This document shows positions 9,788 through 19,371 of a stretch of DNA of 61,831 nucleotides, in pieces. The number at the start of each line of letters is the position of its first letter. The first letter of the stretch is position 1. The translations under genes and the position numbers were made by a program. The stretch covers positions 1 through 61,831 of the forward strand of contig JBEVJH010000061.1 in NCBI GenBank assembly GCA_040510355.1, in the 5' to 3' direction. Origin of the DNA: Aestuariivirgaceae bacterium. GTDB lineage: Bacteria; Pseudomonadota; Alphaproteobacteria; Rhizobiales; Aestuariivirgaceae. The notes below the pieces were generated by a model. It made no database searches. It saw only the letters and a list, made by a program, of their open reading frames with translations, and was not told the origin of the DNA.

Positions 9788-9867
9788 GCAGTAGGCAGTA
9801 GGCGGTAGGCAGGAGCACCGCTCACTGCCTATTTGCCGACTGCCCATTGCCACACTTGCCGACTGCC
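9787..9867 (+). repeat. Heptamer-array inverted repeat: (GGCAGTA)-type x4, small apex hairpin, (NACTGCC)-type x6
   Basis: Read directly. 9787-9812 pairs imperfectly with 9825-9851 (G-U at 9791:9847, 9804:9833, 9805:9832). Apex GAGC-acc-GCTC at 9813-9823. Two further unpaired units extend to 9867. The structure sits between two convergent stop codons. Confidence 0.65.
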
Positions 9868-9872
9868 TCGCT

Positions 9873-10919
9873 TCATCGAGTCCGCGTCACCTTGCTGAGC
9901 AGCCTCGGAGCATCCGGATCGCGGCCGAGCCGGCGCGACAGGCGCTCGGCGCTGACATAGAAGGTCTCGATGATCGAGATCGGGTCGAGCAGCGGATGGA
10001 GCGTCGGGTGATGGCGAGGCATGAGCACATCGGCGCCGGCCGCGGCCAATGCCGCGGCGCTGGCCGCCGTCGTCGCCTGCGCGGCATCTGCCGGCGCGAA
10101 CACCAGCACCGGAAATCCCGGCCCGACGAGCTCCATCGGTCCGTGCATCACCTCGGCGGCCGAATGGGCCTCGGCATGGAGCCGGCAGATCTCCTTGAGC
10201 TTGAGGGCAGCCTCGCGCGCCATCGCCAGCGACGGGCCGCGCCCCAGCACATAGAGCGACTGCGCCGCGGCGAGCGCGTCTTCGACCGCCTCCCACCGGC
10301 AGCCGAGCGCCTGCTCGAGATCGTCGGGCAGTCTCTCGACCGCGTCGGCGAGCCCGCGATCCTCGGCCGAGCCGGCGATCATCGCCGCCAGCAACGCCGC
10401 CGAGCCGATGAATGTCTTGGTCGCCGCCACGCTGAGCTCGGGCCCCGCGCCGAGCGGCAGGCAGAGATCGGCATCGCGGGCAAGCGGCGAAGTCTCGTCA
10501 TTGGTTACTGCGATCGTCGGGATGCCTGCCCGTTTCGCCTCCGCCTGGCAGGACAGGATGTCGGGGCTTCGCCCGGACTGCGACACCGTGATCAGCATGC
10601 TGTCGCGCAAGCTGAGCGGCGCGCGGTAGATTGACACCACCGACGGTCCGATCGAGCAGCAGGGCAGGCCGAGAACGATCTCCGACAGATATTTGAAATA
10701 GCCGGCGGCATGGTCGGAGGAGCCGCGGGCGCAGGTCATGAGGTAGGCCGGTCTTCGCCGCCGGTAATCCGCGGCGAACTGCCGGAGCGCGTCGCGGCTG
10801 CCGTCGAGCGCCCGCCGCACCGCTTCCGGGGCGTCAATTGTTTCCGCCGCCATATGGCTGGCGAATTCCTGGTTTGGTTGCAAGAGCACCAAGTCCCGCG
10901 CTGAATTCGTGAAGTCCAT
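9873..10919 (-). CDS. Double-SIS-domain sugar-phosphate isomerase/deaminase (GlmS C-terminal / NagB-II / AgaS / FrlB-like)
   Basis: About 348 aa from ATG 10919. CARGSSDHAAGYFKY...VSQSGRSPD...VTND...ATKTF...LGRGP...EAALKLKE. The track ORF (to 11243) is a run-on without a stop codon. Confidence 0.8.
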   Translation of the reverse strand: MDFTNSARDLVLLQPNQEFASHMAAETIDAPEAVRRALDGSRDALRQFAADYRRRRPAYLMTCARGSSDHAAGYFKYLSEIVLGLPCCSIGPSVVSIYRAPLSLRDSMLITVSQSGRSPDILSCQAEAKRAGIPTIAVTNDETSPLARDADLCLPLGAGPELSVAATKTFIGSAALLAAMIAGSAEDRGLADAVERLPDDLEQALGCRWEAVEDALAAAQSLYVLGRGPSLAMAREAALKLKEICRLHAEAHSAAEVMHGPMELVGPGFPVLVFAPADAAQATTAASAAALAAAGADVLMPRHHPTLHPLLDPISIIETFYVSAERLSRRLGRDPDAPRLLSKVTRTR

Positions 10920-10992
10920 TTGACATATTCCTTTCGGCGGTACTAGCGTGCCTTCATTGTTTCGCAGTCGAGGCGTCGGGAGACGAGGAAGC

Positions 10993-11769
10993 GTGATTAC
11001 CAAGGCGCCCCTGCTCCAGCTCGAGGAAATCACCAAGAGCTTCGGCGCGATCAAAGCCCTGCGCGGCATCAGCTTCGAGATCGAGCGCGGCGAGGTGGTG
11101 GCGCTGCTCGGCGACAACGGCGCCGGGAAATCCACCCTGGTCAAGATCATCTCCGGCGGGCTCGAGCAAAGCTCCGGGCGGATTCTGTTCGAGGGCGAGG
11201 AACGGAAATTCGCCTCCCCCGCCGCGGCCAAGCAGGCCGGCATCGAGACCGTCTATCAGGACCTGTCGCTCTGCACCAATGTCGATGTCGTCGCCAACTT
11301 CTTCATGGGCCGCGAGATCGTCCGGCGGTGGTGCGGCATCCCGATCCTGCAGGAGGCCGAGATGGAGGCAGCCGTCGCCAAGGCGATGGCCAATGCCGGG
11401 ACCCGCATCCCCTCGCTGCGCATCAATGTCGAGCACCTCTCCGGCGGCCAGCGCCAGGCGATCGAGCTCAACCGCTTCGTTCATTGGGGCGGCAAGCTGG
11501 TGCTGCTCGACGAGCCCTTCGCCGCTCTCGGCGTCGAGCAGACGCGGCGTGGCCTCGACATGATCAAGCGCATCGCCGCCCAGGGCATCGGCGTCATCAT
11601 CATCACCCATATCATCGCCCAGGCGTTCCAGGTGGCGGACCGCATCGTGGTGATCCGTCAGGGGAGGGTGGCCGGCAATGTGCCGCGCGCCGCCGCCACC
11701 GCCGACCAGATCGTGCAGATGATCACCGGCGAGGCGGTCAACGGCCAAGCCCAACAAGCCTCGGCGTGA
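10993..11769 (+). CDS. Sugar ABC transporter ATP-binding protein, single NBD (FrcA-like)
   Basis: Walker [10 protein letters not shown], signature LSGGQRQ, Walker B LVLLDEP. GTG 10993 is preceded by GAGGAAG. GTG 10948 is an alternative start. Confidence 0.85.
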   Translation: MITKAPLLQLEEITKSFGAIKALRGISFEIERGEVVALLGDNGAGKSTLVKIISGGLEQSSGRILFEGEERKFASPAAAKQAGIETVYQDLSLCTNVDVVANFFMGREIVRRWCGIPILQEAEMEAAVAKAMANAGTRIPSLRINVEHLSGGQRQAIELNRFVHWGGKLVLLDEPFAALGVEQTRRGLDMIKRIAAQGIGVIIITHIIAQAFQVADRIVVIRQGRVAGNVPRAAATADQIVQMITGEAVNGQAQQASA

Positions 11770-11801
11770 GGCACGAGTTTGAGGAGAACGGAGGAAGCAT
11801 C

Positions 11802-12845
11802 ATGCAGCGTCTGTGGAGTTTGATGATTGGCGCCCTGGCGGTCTTGACGATCGCCCTGGGCTCACCCGCCTTCGCCGAATCGAAAGGCAAGATCTACTAT
11901 CTGGTTCCGACCCTTCTCGACGAGTTCCAGACGGAGTCGGTCAAGGCGATCGAGAAGTTCCTGAAGGATGTCGGCTATGAGCCGGTGACCCTCAACGCCG
12001 ACAACAAGACCGATCTGCAGCAGAGCCAGATGAACGACGTGATCACGCTCAAGCCGAAGGCGATCGTGCTGGCGGCGGTCGACTTCAACGCGCTCCAGCC
12101 CTCGATCGAGAAGGCGCGCGCCGCCGGCATCCCGGTCATGATCTTCGACCGCCAGATCACCGCGACCAAGAGCGATCTCACCTCGGTTGCCGGCACCGTC
12201 GAGATCGGCCGCATTGCCGGCGACGAGATCCAGCGCCTGCTCAAGGAGAAGAATGGCTCTGTGAAAGGCAAGGTGCTGCAGGTGCTGGGCGATCCGGCCG
12301 ATCCCTACACGCTCGACATCCAGAAGGGATTCGAGGAGAAGATGAAGGCGTTTCCCGACGTCAAGATCATCTCGCTGCCGGCCATGCAGTGGGAGGCCTC
12401 GAACGCCGGCACCATCGTTGCCGACCAGCTGATCGCCAATCCGGACATCGATCTGATCTTCGTTCACGCCGCCCATCTCGCGGTGGCGGCGGTGGCGTCG
12501 CTCGAAGCCAAGGGCAAGAAGCCGGGCGACGTGCTGCTCGTCTCCTCGAATGGCGCGCCGGTCGGTCTCGATCTCATCCGCAAGGGTTGGGAGCAGGTCG
12601 AGGTCGAGCAGCCGCTTTACGCTCAGGCCGCCGCCATCGGCATGTTCGCCGACAAGGTCGCCAACAAGCAGGAGATCAAGCCCGGCAAGTACAATGTGCT
12701 CGGCCTCGACTCCGAGTTGACGATCGAGTCCTGGGGACCCAATCTCAAGATCCCCGGCGCGGCGATCACCAAGGACAATGTCGGAGAGTCCCGCTTCTGG
12801 GGCAATCTGAAAGCCCCCTCCGAGCCGGTCAAGCCGGTCGAATGA
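11802..12845 (+). CDS. Periplasmic sugar-binding protein (ABC, PBP1 type)
   Basis: Signal peptide [25 protein letters not shown], then [14 protein letters not shown]...IVLAAVD...PVMIFDR. GGAGGAAG SD lies before ATG 11802. Confidence 0.85.
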   Translation: MQRLWSLMIGALAVLTIALGSPAFAESKGKIYYLVPTLLDEFQTESVKAIEKFLKDVGYEPVTLNADNKTDLQQSQMNDVITLKPKAIVLAAVDFNALQPSIEKARAAGIPVMIFDRQITATKSDLTSVAGTVEIGRIAGDEIQRLLKEKNGSVKGKVLQVLGDPADPYTLDIQKGFEEKMKAFPDVKIISLPAMQWEASNAGTIVADQLIANPDIDLIFVHAAHLAVAAVASLEAKGKKPGDVLLVSSNGAPVGLDLIRKGWEQVEVEQPLYAQAAAIGMFADKVANKQEIKPGKYNVLGLDSELTIESWGPNLKIPGAAITKDNVGESRFWGNLKAPSEPVKPVE

Positions 12846-12855
12846 GCGCTCTCGC

Positions 12856-13920
12856 ATGAGCCAGGACCAGACAGCCCCCGGAGCCGCGCGCTCCGGGGGC
12901 GCCGCGTCGGAGCTTGGGCCCACGCGCGTCCGCGACTATCGGGCCATCCTCGAGTTCCTGCTCGACAATCTGGTCTGGCTCATGCTGATCATCGTGCTGA
13001 CGGTCTTCTCGATCGCCATTCCCAATTTCTTCCAGATCGGCATCTTCGCCAACATCGTCGAGCAATCGACCTTCGTCGGCGTCATGGCGATCGGCCTCGC
13101 TATCGTCATCATTGCCGGCAACATGGATCTGTCGGTGGAATCGGTCGCGGCACTCACCGCCATGGTCACCGGCATCCTGTTCTGCTCGCGCGGCATCGGC
13201 CTCGGCATCACGCTCTCGCCGGAGTGGCTGGTGATCCCCGTCTCGCTTGCCCTTTGCCTTATCATCGGCGGCCTCGTCGGCATGCTCAACGGGCTCCTGG
13301 TGGTGCGTCTGGGGATGAACGCCTTCATCGTGACGCTCGCCTCCTATATCTGGGTGCGCGGGCTCGTCGTCGCGATCTCGGGCGGGCGCTCGGCCCAGGA
13401 TCTCGCGCCGTCGCTGCGCGTGATGGGCGTCGAGACCATCGCCTACATACCCTTGATCGCCTGGCTCGCCATCGCCTGCTATGTGATCTTCTCCTTCGTC
13501 ATGGCGAGGACGCCCTTCGGCCGCCATGTCACGATGATCGGCGGCAACCCGGTCGCGACCTTTCGCGCCGGCATCAAGGTCGACCGCCTGGTGCTCGTCA
13601 CCTTCGTCCTGGCCGGCGCGATCTCCGGGCTCGCCGGCTGGCTTCTCGCCATCCGCACCTCGGGCGCCACCGCCAATCTCGGCGTCGGCATGCTGTTCAA
13701 CGCCTTCGCCGCGGTGGTGATCGGCGGCGTCAGCCTCAAGGGCGGCATCGGTCGCCTGCCGGGCGTCTATGCCGGCGTGTTGCTGCTCTCCTCGATCCAC
13801 ACCGCGATCAACCTCATGGGCCTGCCGGCCCATTACACCCAGATGATCCTCGGCGCCCTGGTATTGGCTGCCGTCCTCATCGACACCCTGAAGCTCCAGA
13901 TCCGGCAGAAGCTAGCATGA
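12856..13920 (+). CDS. Sugar ABC transporter permease (RbsC/FrcC-like)
   Basis: 354 aa, polytopic. NIVEQSTFVGVMAIGLAIVIIAGNMDLSVES...GGNPVATFRAGI... Confidence 0.85.
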   Translation: MSQDQTAPGAARSGGAASELGPTRVRDYRAILEFLLDNLVWLMLIIVLTVFSIAIPNFFQIGIFANIVEQSTFVGVMAIGLAIVIIAGNMDLSVESVAALTAMVTGILFCSRGIGLGITLSPEWLVIPVSLALCLIIGGLVGMLNGLLVVRLGMNAFIVTLASYIWVRGLVVAISGGRSAQDLAPSLRVMGVETIAYIPLIAWLAIACYVIFSFVMARTPFGRHVTMIGGNPVATFRAGIKVDRLVLVTFVLAGAISGLAGWLLAIRTSGATANLGVGMLFNAFAAVVIGGVSLKGGIGRLPGVYAGVLLLSSIHTAINLMGLPAHYTQMILGALVLAAVLIDTLKLQIRQKLA

Positions 13921-14681
13921 GGCTTGAGGACCGCGTCGCCCTGGTCATCGGTGCCGCACGCGGCATCGGCCTGGCGATCGCCGAGCGTTTCATCGAGGAG
14001 GGCGCCAAGGTCATTCTCGCCGACAGCGACGAGGCCGCCGGTGCGGCGACGGCGGCGCGACTCGGCTGCGGCTTCGTCCGCGCCGACATCGCCATCAAGG
14101 CCGATGCCGAGCGGGCGGTTGCCGCCGCGCTCGAACGCCATGGCCGGCTCGATATCCTGGTGCAGAACGCCGGCATCTTCCCCTGGACCCTGATCGAGAA
14201 CATCGAGCCGGAGGAGTGGGATCGCGTGCTCGCCGTCAATCTCAAGGGCACCTATCTCGCCGCCCGCGCCGCGCTGCCGGCGATGAAGGCGCAGCGGAGC
14301 GGCCGGATGATCTTCACGTCCTCGATCACCGGCCCGCGCGTCTCGAGCCCCGGCCATGGGCACTACTCGGCCAGCAAGGCCGGCATCAACGGCTTTATCA
14401 GGGCCGCGGCGATCGAATTCGCGCGGCATCGCATCACCGTCAACGGCGTCGAGCCGGGCAACATCCTGACCGAAGGCGTCAAGGCCGCGCGCACCGCCGA
14501 ATTCTTCCAATCGATGGAGCGCATGATCCCGCTCGGCCGCCTCGGCGCGCCGCGCGATGTCGCCAACGCCGTGCTGTTTCTCGCCTCCGACGAGGCGGCC
14601 TACATCACCGGCACCACCATTCTGGTGGATGGCGGACAGACCCTGCCGGAAGGCGCCGACTTCCGTCTGGAGCCGGAGTGA
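13917..14681 (+). CDS. Short-chain dehydrogenase/reductase (SDR, FabG-like) 1
   Basis: VALVIGAARGIGLAIA (TGxxxGxG-type), NAG, YSASK catalytic motif. Its ATG overlaps the permease TGA (ATGA). Confidence 0.85.
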   Translation: MRLEDRVALVIGAARGIGLAIAERFIEEGAKVILADSDEAAGAATAARLGCGFVRADIAIKADAERAVAAALERHGRLDILVQNAGIFPWTLIENIEPEEWDRVLAVNLKGTYLAARAALPAMKAQRSGRMIFTSSITGPRVSSPGHGHYSASKAGINGFIRAAAIEFARHRITVNGVEPGNILTEGVKAARTAEFFQSMERMIPLGRLGAPRDVANAVLFLASDEAAYITGTTILVDGGQTLPEGADFRLEPE

Positions 14682-14685
14682 GCCC

Positions 14686-15471
14686 ATGACGCGCCAGGGA
14701 CGCCTGCAGGATCGCGTCGCCCTCATCACCGGGGCCGCCCGCGGCATCGGTCTCGCGACGGCGCGCGCCTTCCTCGAGGAGGGGGCGCGCGTCACCCTCT
14801 GCGACATCGACGAAGCGCCGCTCCAGGCGGCCGTCGCCGACCTGCTGCGCGCGCGCCTGCCGGTTCAGGCCGTCCCCGTCGATGTCTCGGATCGCGCCAG
14901 CATTGCGAGCGCCGTCGCGGCGACGATCGCCGCCTGGGGACAGCTCGATGTGCTGGTCAGCAATGCCGCCATCACGGACGACACGCCGCTCGGGGCGATT
15001 TCTCCCGAGCAGTGGCGGCGGGTGCTGGGGGTCAATCTCGACGGGGTCCTGTTCTGTGCCCAGGCTGCCGTGCCGCATCTGCGCCACAGCCGCAATGGCA
15101 GCATCATCAACATCGCCTCGATCCAGGGGCTGCGCGGCCAGCCGGACGCCATGGCCTATGCGACCGCCAAGGCGGGCGTCGTCAATCTCACCCGCTGCAT
15201 GGCGGTGGATTTCGGTCCGCTCGGCATTCGCGCCAACGCCATCGCCCCGGGCTTCATCGACACCCGCATGGCGCTCATGCATGGCAGCGTCCACGAGCAC
15301 CAGACAGAATGGTTCAAGGACGTGTACATCAAATATGGCCGCCTGCCACTGCGCCGCCCCGGCAGGCCCGAGGACGTCGCCGGTCCGATCCTGTTTCTCG
15401 CCAGCGATGACAGCCGCTACGTGACCGGCCAGGTGCTGGTGGTCGATGGCGGCCTGACCTGCACCTACTGA
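14686..15471 (+). CDS. Short-chain dehydrogenase/reductase (SDR) 2
   Basis: VALITGAARGIGLATA, NAA, YATAK motif. Starts 4 nt after the SDR-1 stop. Confidence 0.85.
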   Translation: MTRQGRLQDRVALITGAARGIGLATARAFLEEGARVTLCDIDEAPLQAAVADLLRARLPVQAVPVDVSDRASIASAVAATIAAWGQLDVLVSNAAITDDTPLGAISPEQWRRVLGVNLDGVLFCAQAAVPHLRHSRNGSIINIASIQGLRGQPDAMAYATAKAGVVNLTRCMAVDFGPLGIRANAIAPGFIDTRMALMHGSVHEHQTEWFKDVYIKYGRLPLRRPGRPEDVAGPILFLASDDSRYVTGQVLVVDGGLTCTY

Positions 15472-15482
15472 GCGGCGATGAA

Positions 15483-16703
15483 ATGACCGACCCCAATCCC
15501 TATCGTGAGCGCGGCATCCGAACGGTGATCAACGCCAAGGGGCCGGCGACGCGCCTGTCGGGCGGCATCATGCGGCCCGAGGTGATCGCCGCCATGGCGG
15601 CGGCCGCCGGGCATTGCGTCGACATGGCGGAGCTCGAGGCGCATGCCTCGCAGGTGATTGCCGGCATCACCGGCGCCGAGGCCGCCTATGTCGCCTCGGG
15701 CGCGGCGGCCTGCCTGCTGCTCGCCACCGCCGCCTGCGTCACCGGACTCGATCCCGGCCGCATGGCGCGCCTGCCCGACACGACCGGCATGCGCAACGAG
15801 GTCATCATCGTCCGCAGCCAGCGCAATTTCTATGACCATGCGGTGCGCGCCGCCGGCATCCGCCTGATCGAGGTCGGCCTGCCGGACCGCTATGCCGGCG
15901 CCGGTATGCGCGATGCCGAGGCCTGGGAGATCGCCGATGCGATCACCGACCGGACCGCCGCGGTGTTCTATGTCGCCGACCGCCAGGCGCGGCCGCCGCT
16001 CCGCGACGTCGTCGCGGTGGCGCACGCCGCTGCGGTCCCGGTCATCGTCGATGCCGCCGCGCAATTGCCGCCCGAGGCCAATCTCCGGCGGTTCATCGCC
16101 GAAGGCGCCGACCTCGTCGCCTTCTCCGGCGGCAAGGCGATCAACGGGCCGCAGGCCACCGGCATGCTCTGCGGCCGGCGCGATCTCGTCATGGCGGCCG
16201 CCCTCCAGCATCTCGACCTCGACATCGCCTGGGAGCAGTGGACACCGTCTCCCCGGCTCATCGACAAGGGCCGATTGAAGGGACTGCCGCAGCACGGCAT
16301 CGGTCGTACCGCCAAGGTCGGCAAGGAGCAGATCGTCGGTCTCCTGACCGCGCTCGAGCTGTTCGTCGCCGAAGGCGATGCCACCCGCCACCGGCACTGG
16401 CGGACATTGGCTGAGGCTTTGGCGGCCGGTCTCGACGGGCTGCCCGGCACCACGCTCGCGGTCACCGGGACCGGCAATGTCGAGGACGTTCCGACGGTCC
16501 TGCTGACGCTCGCCGGGGGCGCGCCGGTCTCCGCCCTCGAGCTGGTGATCGCGCTGCAGGACGGCACGCCGCCGGTCGCTGCCGACCCGACCCGGTGCGA
16601 TGACGGAATCGTGACCTTCAGCCCCGTCTGCCTTCAGCCCGGTGAGCCGGAGCTGATTGCCGCAGCCGTCCGGCAGGCGCTTGCCCGGGGGGCTTATAGT
16701 TGA
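15483..16703 (+). CDS. SelA-family (DgaE-like) fold-type I PLP-dependent enzyme
   Basis: 406 aa. RTVINAKGPATRLSGG...AYVASGAAACLLLATAAC...VIVDAAAQLPP...AFSGGKAINGPQATG, with a candidate PLP lysine in SGGK. Confidence 0.7.
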   Translation: MTDPNPYRERGIRTVINAKGPATRLSGGIMRPEVIAAMAAAAGHCVDMAELEAHASQVIAGITGAEAAYVASGAAACLLLATAACVTGLDPGRMARLPDTTGMRNEVIIVRSQRNFYDHAVRAAGIRLIEVGLPDRYAGAGMRDAEAWEIADAITDRTAAVFYVADRQARPPLRDVVAVAHAAAVPVIVDAAAQLPPEANLRRFIAEGADLVAFSGGKAINGPQATGMLCGRRDLVMAAALQHLDLDIAWEQWTPSPRLIDKGRLKGLPQHGIGRTAKVGKEQIVGLLTALELFVAEGDATRHRHWRTLAEALAAGLDGLPGTTLAVTGTGNVEDVPTVLLTLAGGAPVSALELVIALQDGTPPVAADPTRCDDGIVTFSPVCLQPGEPELIAAAVRQALARGAYS

Positions 16704-16712
16704 CTACCGTGG

Positions 16713-16734
16713 TCAGGAATTGCTAATTCCTTGA
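16713..16734. promoter_or_regulatory. AT-rich palindrome (candidate operator) upstream of the iron-uptake operon
   Basis: TCAGGAATT-GCT-AATTCCTTGA. The core AGGAATT/AATTCCT is perfect. It ends 32 nt upstream of ATG 16766. Confidence 0.35.
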
Positions 16735-16765
16735 TCTTTCCTCGCCCCGGCCACTGGAGTCATCG

Positions 16766-17785
16766 ATGAGATCCGTGATTTCCGCGCTCTCCGCCGCAGC
16801 CGCGCTTGCGTTCGCCATGACGTCGGTGCCGACTTCCGCATTGAGCGACAATCCGGCGAAATCCATCACCATCTACAACGCCCAGCATGCCAGCCTGGCC
16901 AAGGAATGGGCGGCCGCCTTCACCAAGGACACGGGCATCGAGGTCGTTCTGCGGAATGGCAACGACAGCGAGATGGGCAACCAGATCATTGCCGAGGGCA
17001 AGAATTCGCCGGCCGATGTCTTCCTGACCGAGAACTCCCCCGCAATGGCCCTGGTTGACGCGGCCGGTTTGTTCGCCCCGGTCGACGCCGATACCCTGGC
17101 GCAGGTGCCGGATGAATACCGCCCGGAGGATGGCCGCTGGGTCGGCATCGCCGCCCGCAGCACGGTCTTCGCCTACGACAAGACCAAGCTCGCCGCCGGC
17201 CAATTGCCGAAGTCGCTGCTCGACCTCGCCGATGCGACCTGGAAGGGGCGTTGGGCGGCCTCGCCGAGCGGCGCCGATTTCCAGGCGATCGTCAGCGCCT
17301 TGCTCGAGCTGAAGGGCGAGGAGGCGACGCGCGCCTGGCTCAAGGCCATGAAGGAGAACGTCAAGGTCTACAGGGGCAACAGCACGGCCATGAAGGCGGT
17401 CAATGCCGGCCAGGTCGATGGTGCGGTGATCTATCACTATTACTACTACGGCGATCAGGGGAAGACCGGCGAGAACAGCAAGAACGTCGCGATGCACTAT
17501 TTCAAGAATCAGGATCCGGGCGCCTTTGTCAGCATCTCCGGCGGCGGCGTCCTGGCGTCGAGCAAGAACCCGAAGGAAGCTCAGACTTTCCTCAAATGGG
17601 TCACCGGCAAGGGCGGGCAGGACATCTTGAAGACCGGCACCTCCTACGAATATGCCGTCGGCAAGGGCGCCGAATCCAATCCCGCGCTGGTGCCGCTCAA
17701 GGACCTCCAGGCACCGAAGGTCGAAGCATCGAATCTCAACAGCAAGAAGGTGACGGATCTCATGACCGAGGTCGGCCTGCTCTGA
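16766..17785 (+). CDS. fbpA: Fe(3+) ABC transporter periplasmic binding protein (FbpA/AfuA-like)
   Basis: Signal peptide, then [32 protein letters not shown]...[10 protein letters not shown]...YHYYYY. Confidence 0.85.
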   Translation: MRSVISALSAAAALAFAMTSVPTSALSDNPAKSITIYNAQHASLAKEWAAAFTKDTGIEVVLRNGNDSEMGNQIIAEGKNSPADVFLTENSPAMALVDAAGLFAPVDADTLAQVPDEYRPEDGRWVGIAARSTVFAYDKTKLAAGQLPKSLLDLADATWKGRWAASPSGADFQAIVSALLELKGEEATRAWLKAMKENVKVYRGNSTAMKAVNAGQVDGAVIYHYYYYGDQGKTGENSKNVAMHYFKNQDPGAFVSISGGGVLASSKNPKEAQTFLKWVTGKGGQDILKTGTSYEYAVGKGAESNPALVPLKDLQAPKVEASNLNSKKVTDLMTEVGLL

Positions 17786-17790
17786 ACCGC

Positions 17791-19371
17791 ATGTCCCTTG
17801 CCCGCAGCGTTCCGCTTGCCAGCACCGCCGCGCCCATCCGTCAGCGCCAGCTCCTGCCGGCGCGCTCCGGGATGGTCATCGCGGCGGTGGTCGTCTCGCT
17901 GCTCTCGCTTCTGCCGCTCGGCTTCGTCGTCTGGAGCACCGTCGATACCGGTTGGGTGACGGCCTCTGCTCTGATCTTTCGGCCGCGTGTCGGCGACCTG
18001 CTCGCCAATTCGCTGCTGCTGATCCTGCTGGCGGTGCCCATCTCCACCCTGCTTGCCCTGGCGCTCGCCTGGTTGACCGTCCGCAGCGACCTGCCAGGCG
18101 GGCGTCTGTGGGCCTGGCTCCTCGTTGCGCCGCTGGCGGTTCCCGCCTTCGTCCAGAGCTACGCCTGGGTCAGCCTCGTGCCCTCGCTGCATGGCCTGCT
18201 CGGCGGCGTCCTGGTCTCGGTGCTCGCCTATTTCCCGTTCCTCTATCTGCCGATCTTCGCAACGCTCCGCCGCCTCGACCCGGCGCTCGAGGACAGCGCC
18301 GCCTCGCTCGGCCTCGGCCCCTGGAAGATCTTCCTGCGGGTGACGCTGCCGCAGCTGCGCCTTGCCATTCTCGGCGGCGGGCTGCTGGTCGGCCTGCACC
18401 TGCTTTCCGAATATGGCCTCTATGCCATGATCCGGTTCGATACCTTCACCACCGCCATCGTCGATCAGTTCCAGTCGACCTTCGATGGTCCGGCCGGTAC
18501 CATGCTGGCGGTGGTTCTCGTCGCCTGTTGCCTTGGCCTGCTCGGCCTGGAGAACGTGGCGCGCGGCGATGAGCGCTATGCCCGGGTCGGCACCGGCGCG
18601 CCGCGCCTTGCGGCGCCAGTCCGGCTCGGCGGTCTGGCGCTACCCTGCCTGCTCCTGCCGGCCCTCACCGTCCTCCTCGCTCTCGGGGTGCCCTTCCTCA
18701 CCATCGGCCGGTGGCTGGCTGCCGGCGGCACCAAGGTGCTCGACATGGGCGAGATCCTTCCCGCGCTGTGGCAGACCCTGTCGCTGGCGCTGGCCGGCGG
18801 CCTGCTGACCTTGGCGGCGGCCTTGCCGATCGCCTGGCTGGCGGTGCGCGGTCGCGGAGCCCTGCCGCGGCTGCTCGAGTCCTGCGGCTATGTGGTCGGC
18901 TCGCTCCCGAGCGTCGTCGTCGCCCTTGCCGTCGTCTCGGTGACCGCCCGGCTGCTGTTTCCGCTCTACCAGACGCTGTTCACCATCCTCGCCGCCTACG
19001 CCATCATGTTCCTGCCGCGCGCCATCATCGGCCTGCGAGCAAGCCTGGCGCAGGTGCCGGTGGAGCTCGAGCATGCGGCGGCCAGTCTCGGCAAGTCCCC
19101 GGCCCGCGCCCTTTGGGCGACGACCGTCCGCCTGGCGGCGCCGGGTGCGGCCGCCGGCATGACGCTCGCCTCTCTCGGCATCCTCAACGAGCTGACCGCC
19201 ACCCAGATGCTGGCACCCAACGGCACCCGCACCCTGGCCATGGGCTTCTGGTCGTATTCGAGCGAGCTCGACTATGCGGCCGCTGCGCCCTATGCCTTGA
19301 TCATGATCGTGATATCCCTGCCGCTGACCTGGCTGCTGTTCCTGCAATCGCGACGGCTCGCCGATCGATGA
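17791..19371 (+). CDS. fbpB: Fe(3+) ABC transporter permease, two-domain (FbpB-like)
   Basis: About 526 aa from ATG 17791, with a duplicated permease core (two EAA-like regions: [18 protein letters not shown]). The track ORF start at 17251 overlaps fbpA in another frame. Confidence 0.85.
   Translation: MSLARSVPLASTAAPIRQRQLLPARSGMVIAAVVVSLLSLLPLGFVVWSTVDTGWVTASALIFRPRVGDLLANSLLLILLAVPISTLLALALAWLTVRSDLPGGRLWAWLLVAPLAVPAFVQSYAWVSLVPSLHGLLGGVLVSVLAYFPFLYLPIFATLRRLDPALEDSAASLGLGPWKIFLRVTLPQLRLAILGGGLLVGLHLLSEYGLYAMIRFDTFTTAIVDQFQSTFDGPAGTMLAVVLVACCLGLLGLENVARGDERYARVGTGAPRLAAPVRLGGLALPCLLLPALTVLLALGVPFLTIGRWLAAGGTKVLDMGEILPALWQTLSLALAGGLLTLAAALPIAWLAVRGRGALPRLLESCGYVVGSLPSVVVALAVVSVTARLLFPLYQTLFTILAAYAIMFLPRAIIGLRASLAQVPVELEHAAASLGKSPARALWATTVRLAAPGAAAGMTLASLGILNELTATQMLAPNGTRTLAMGFWSYSSELDYAAAAPYALIMIVISLPLTWLLFLQSRRLADR

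Noticed and set aside
10920-10948. TTGACA-N17-CTAGCG as a sigma-70-type promoter for the sugar ABC operon
   Set aside because: The -35 is perfect but the -10 is poor, and the true start codon is uncertain. Too speculative to list as a feature.
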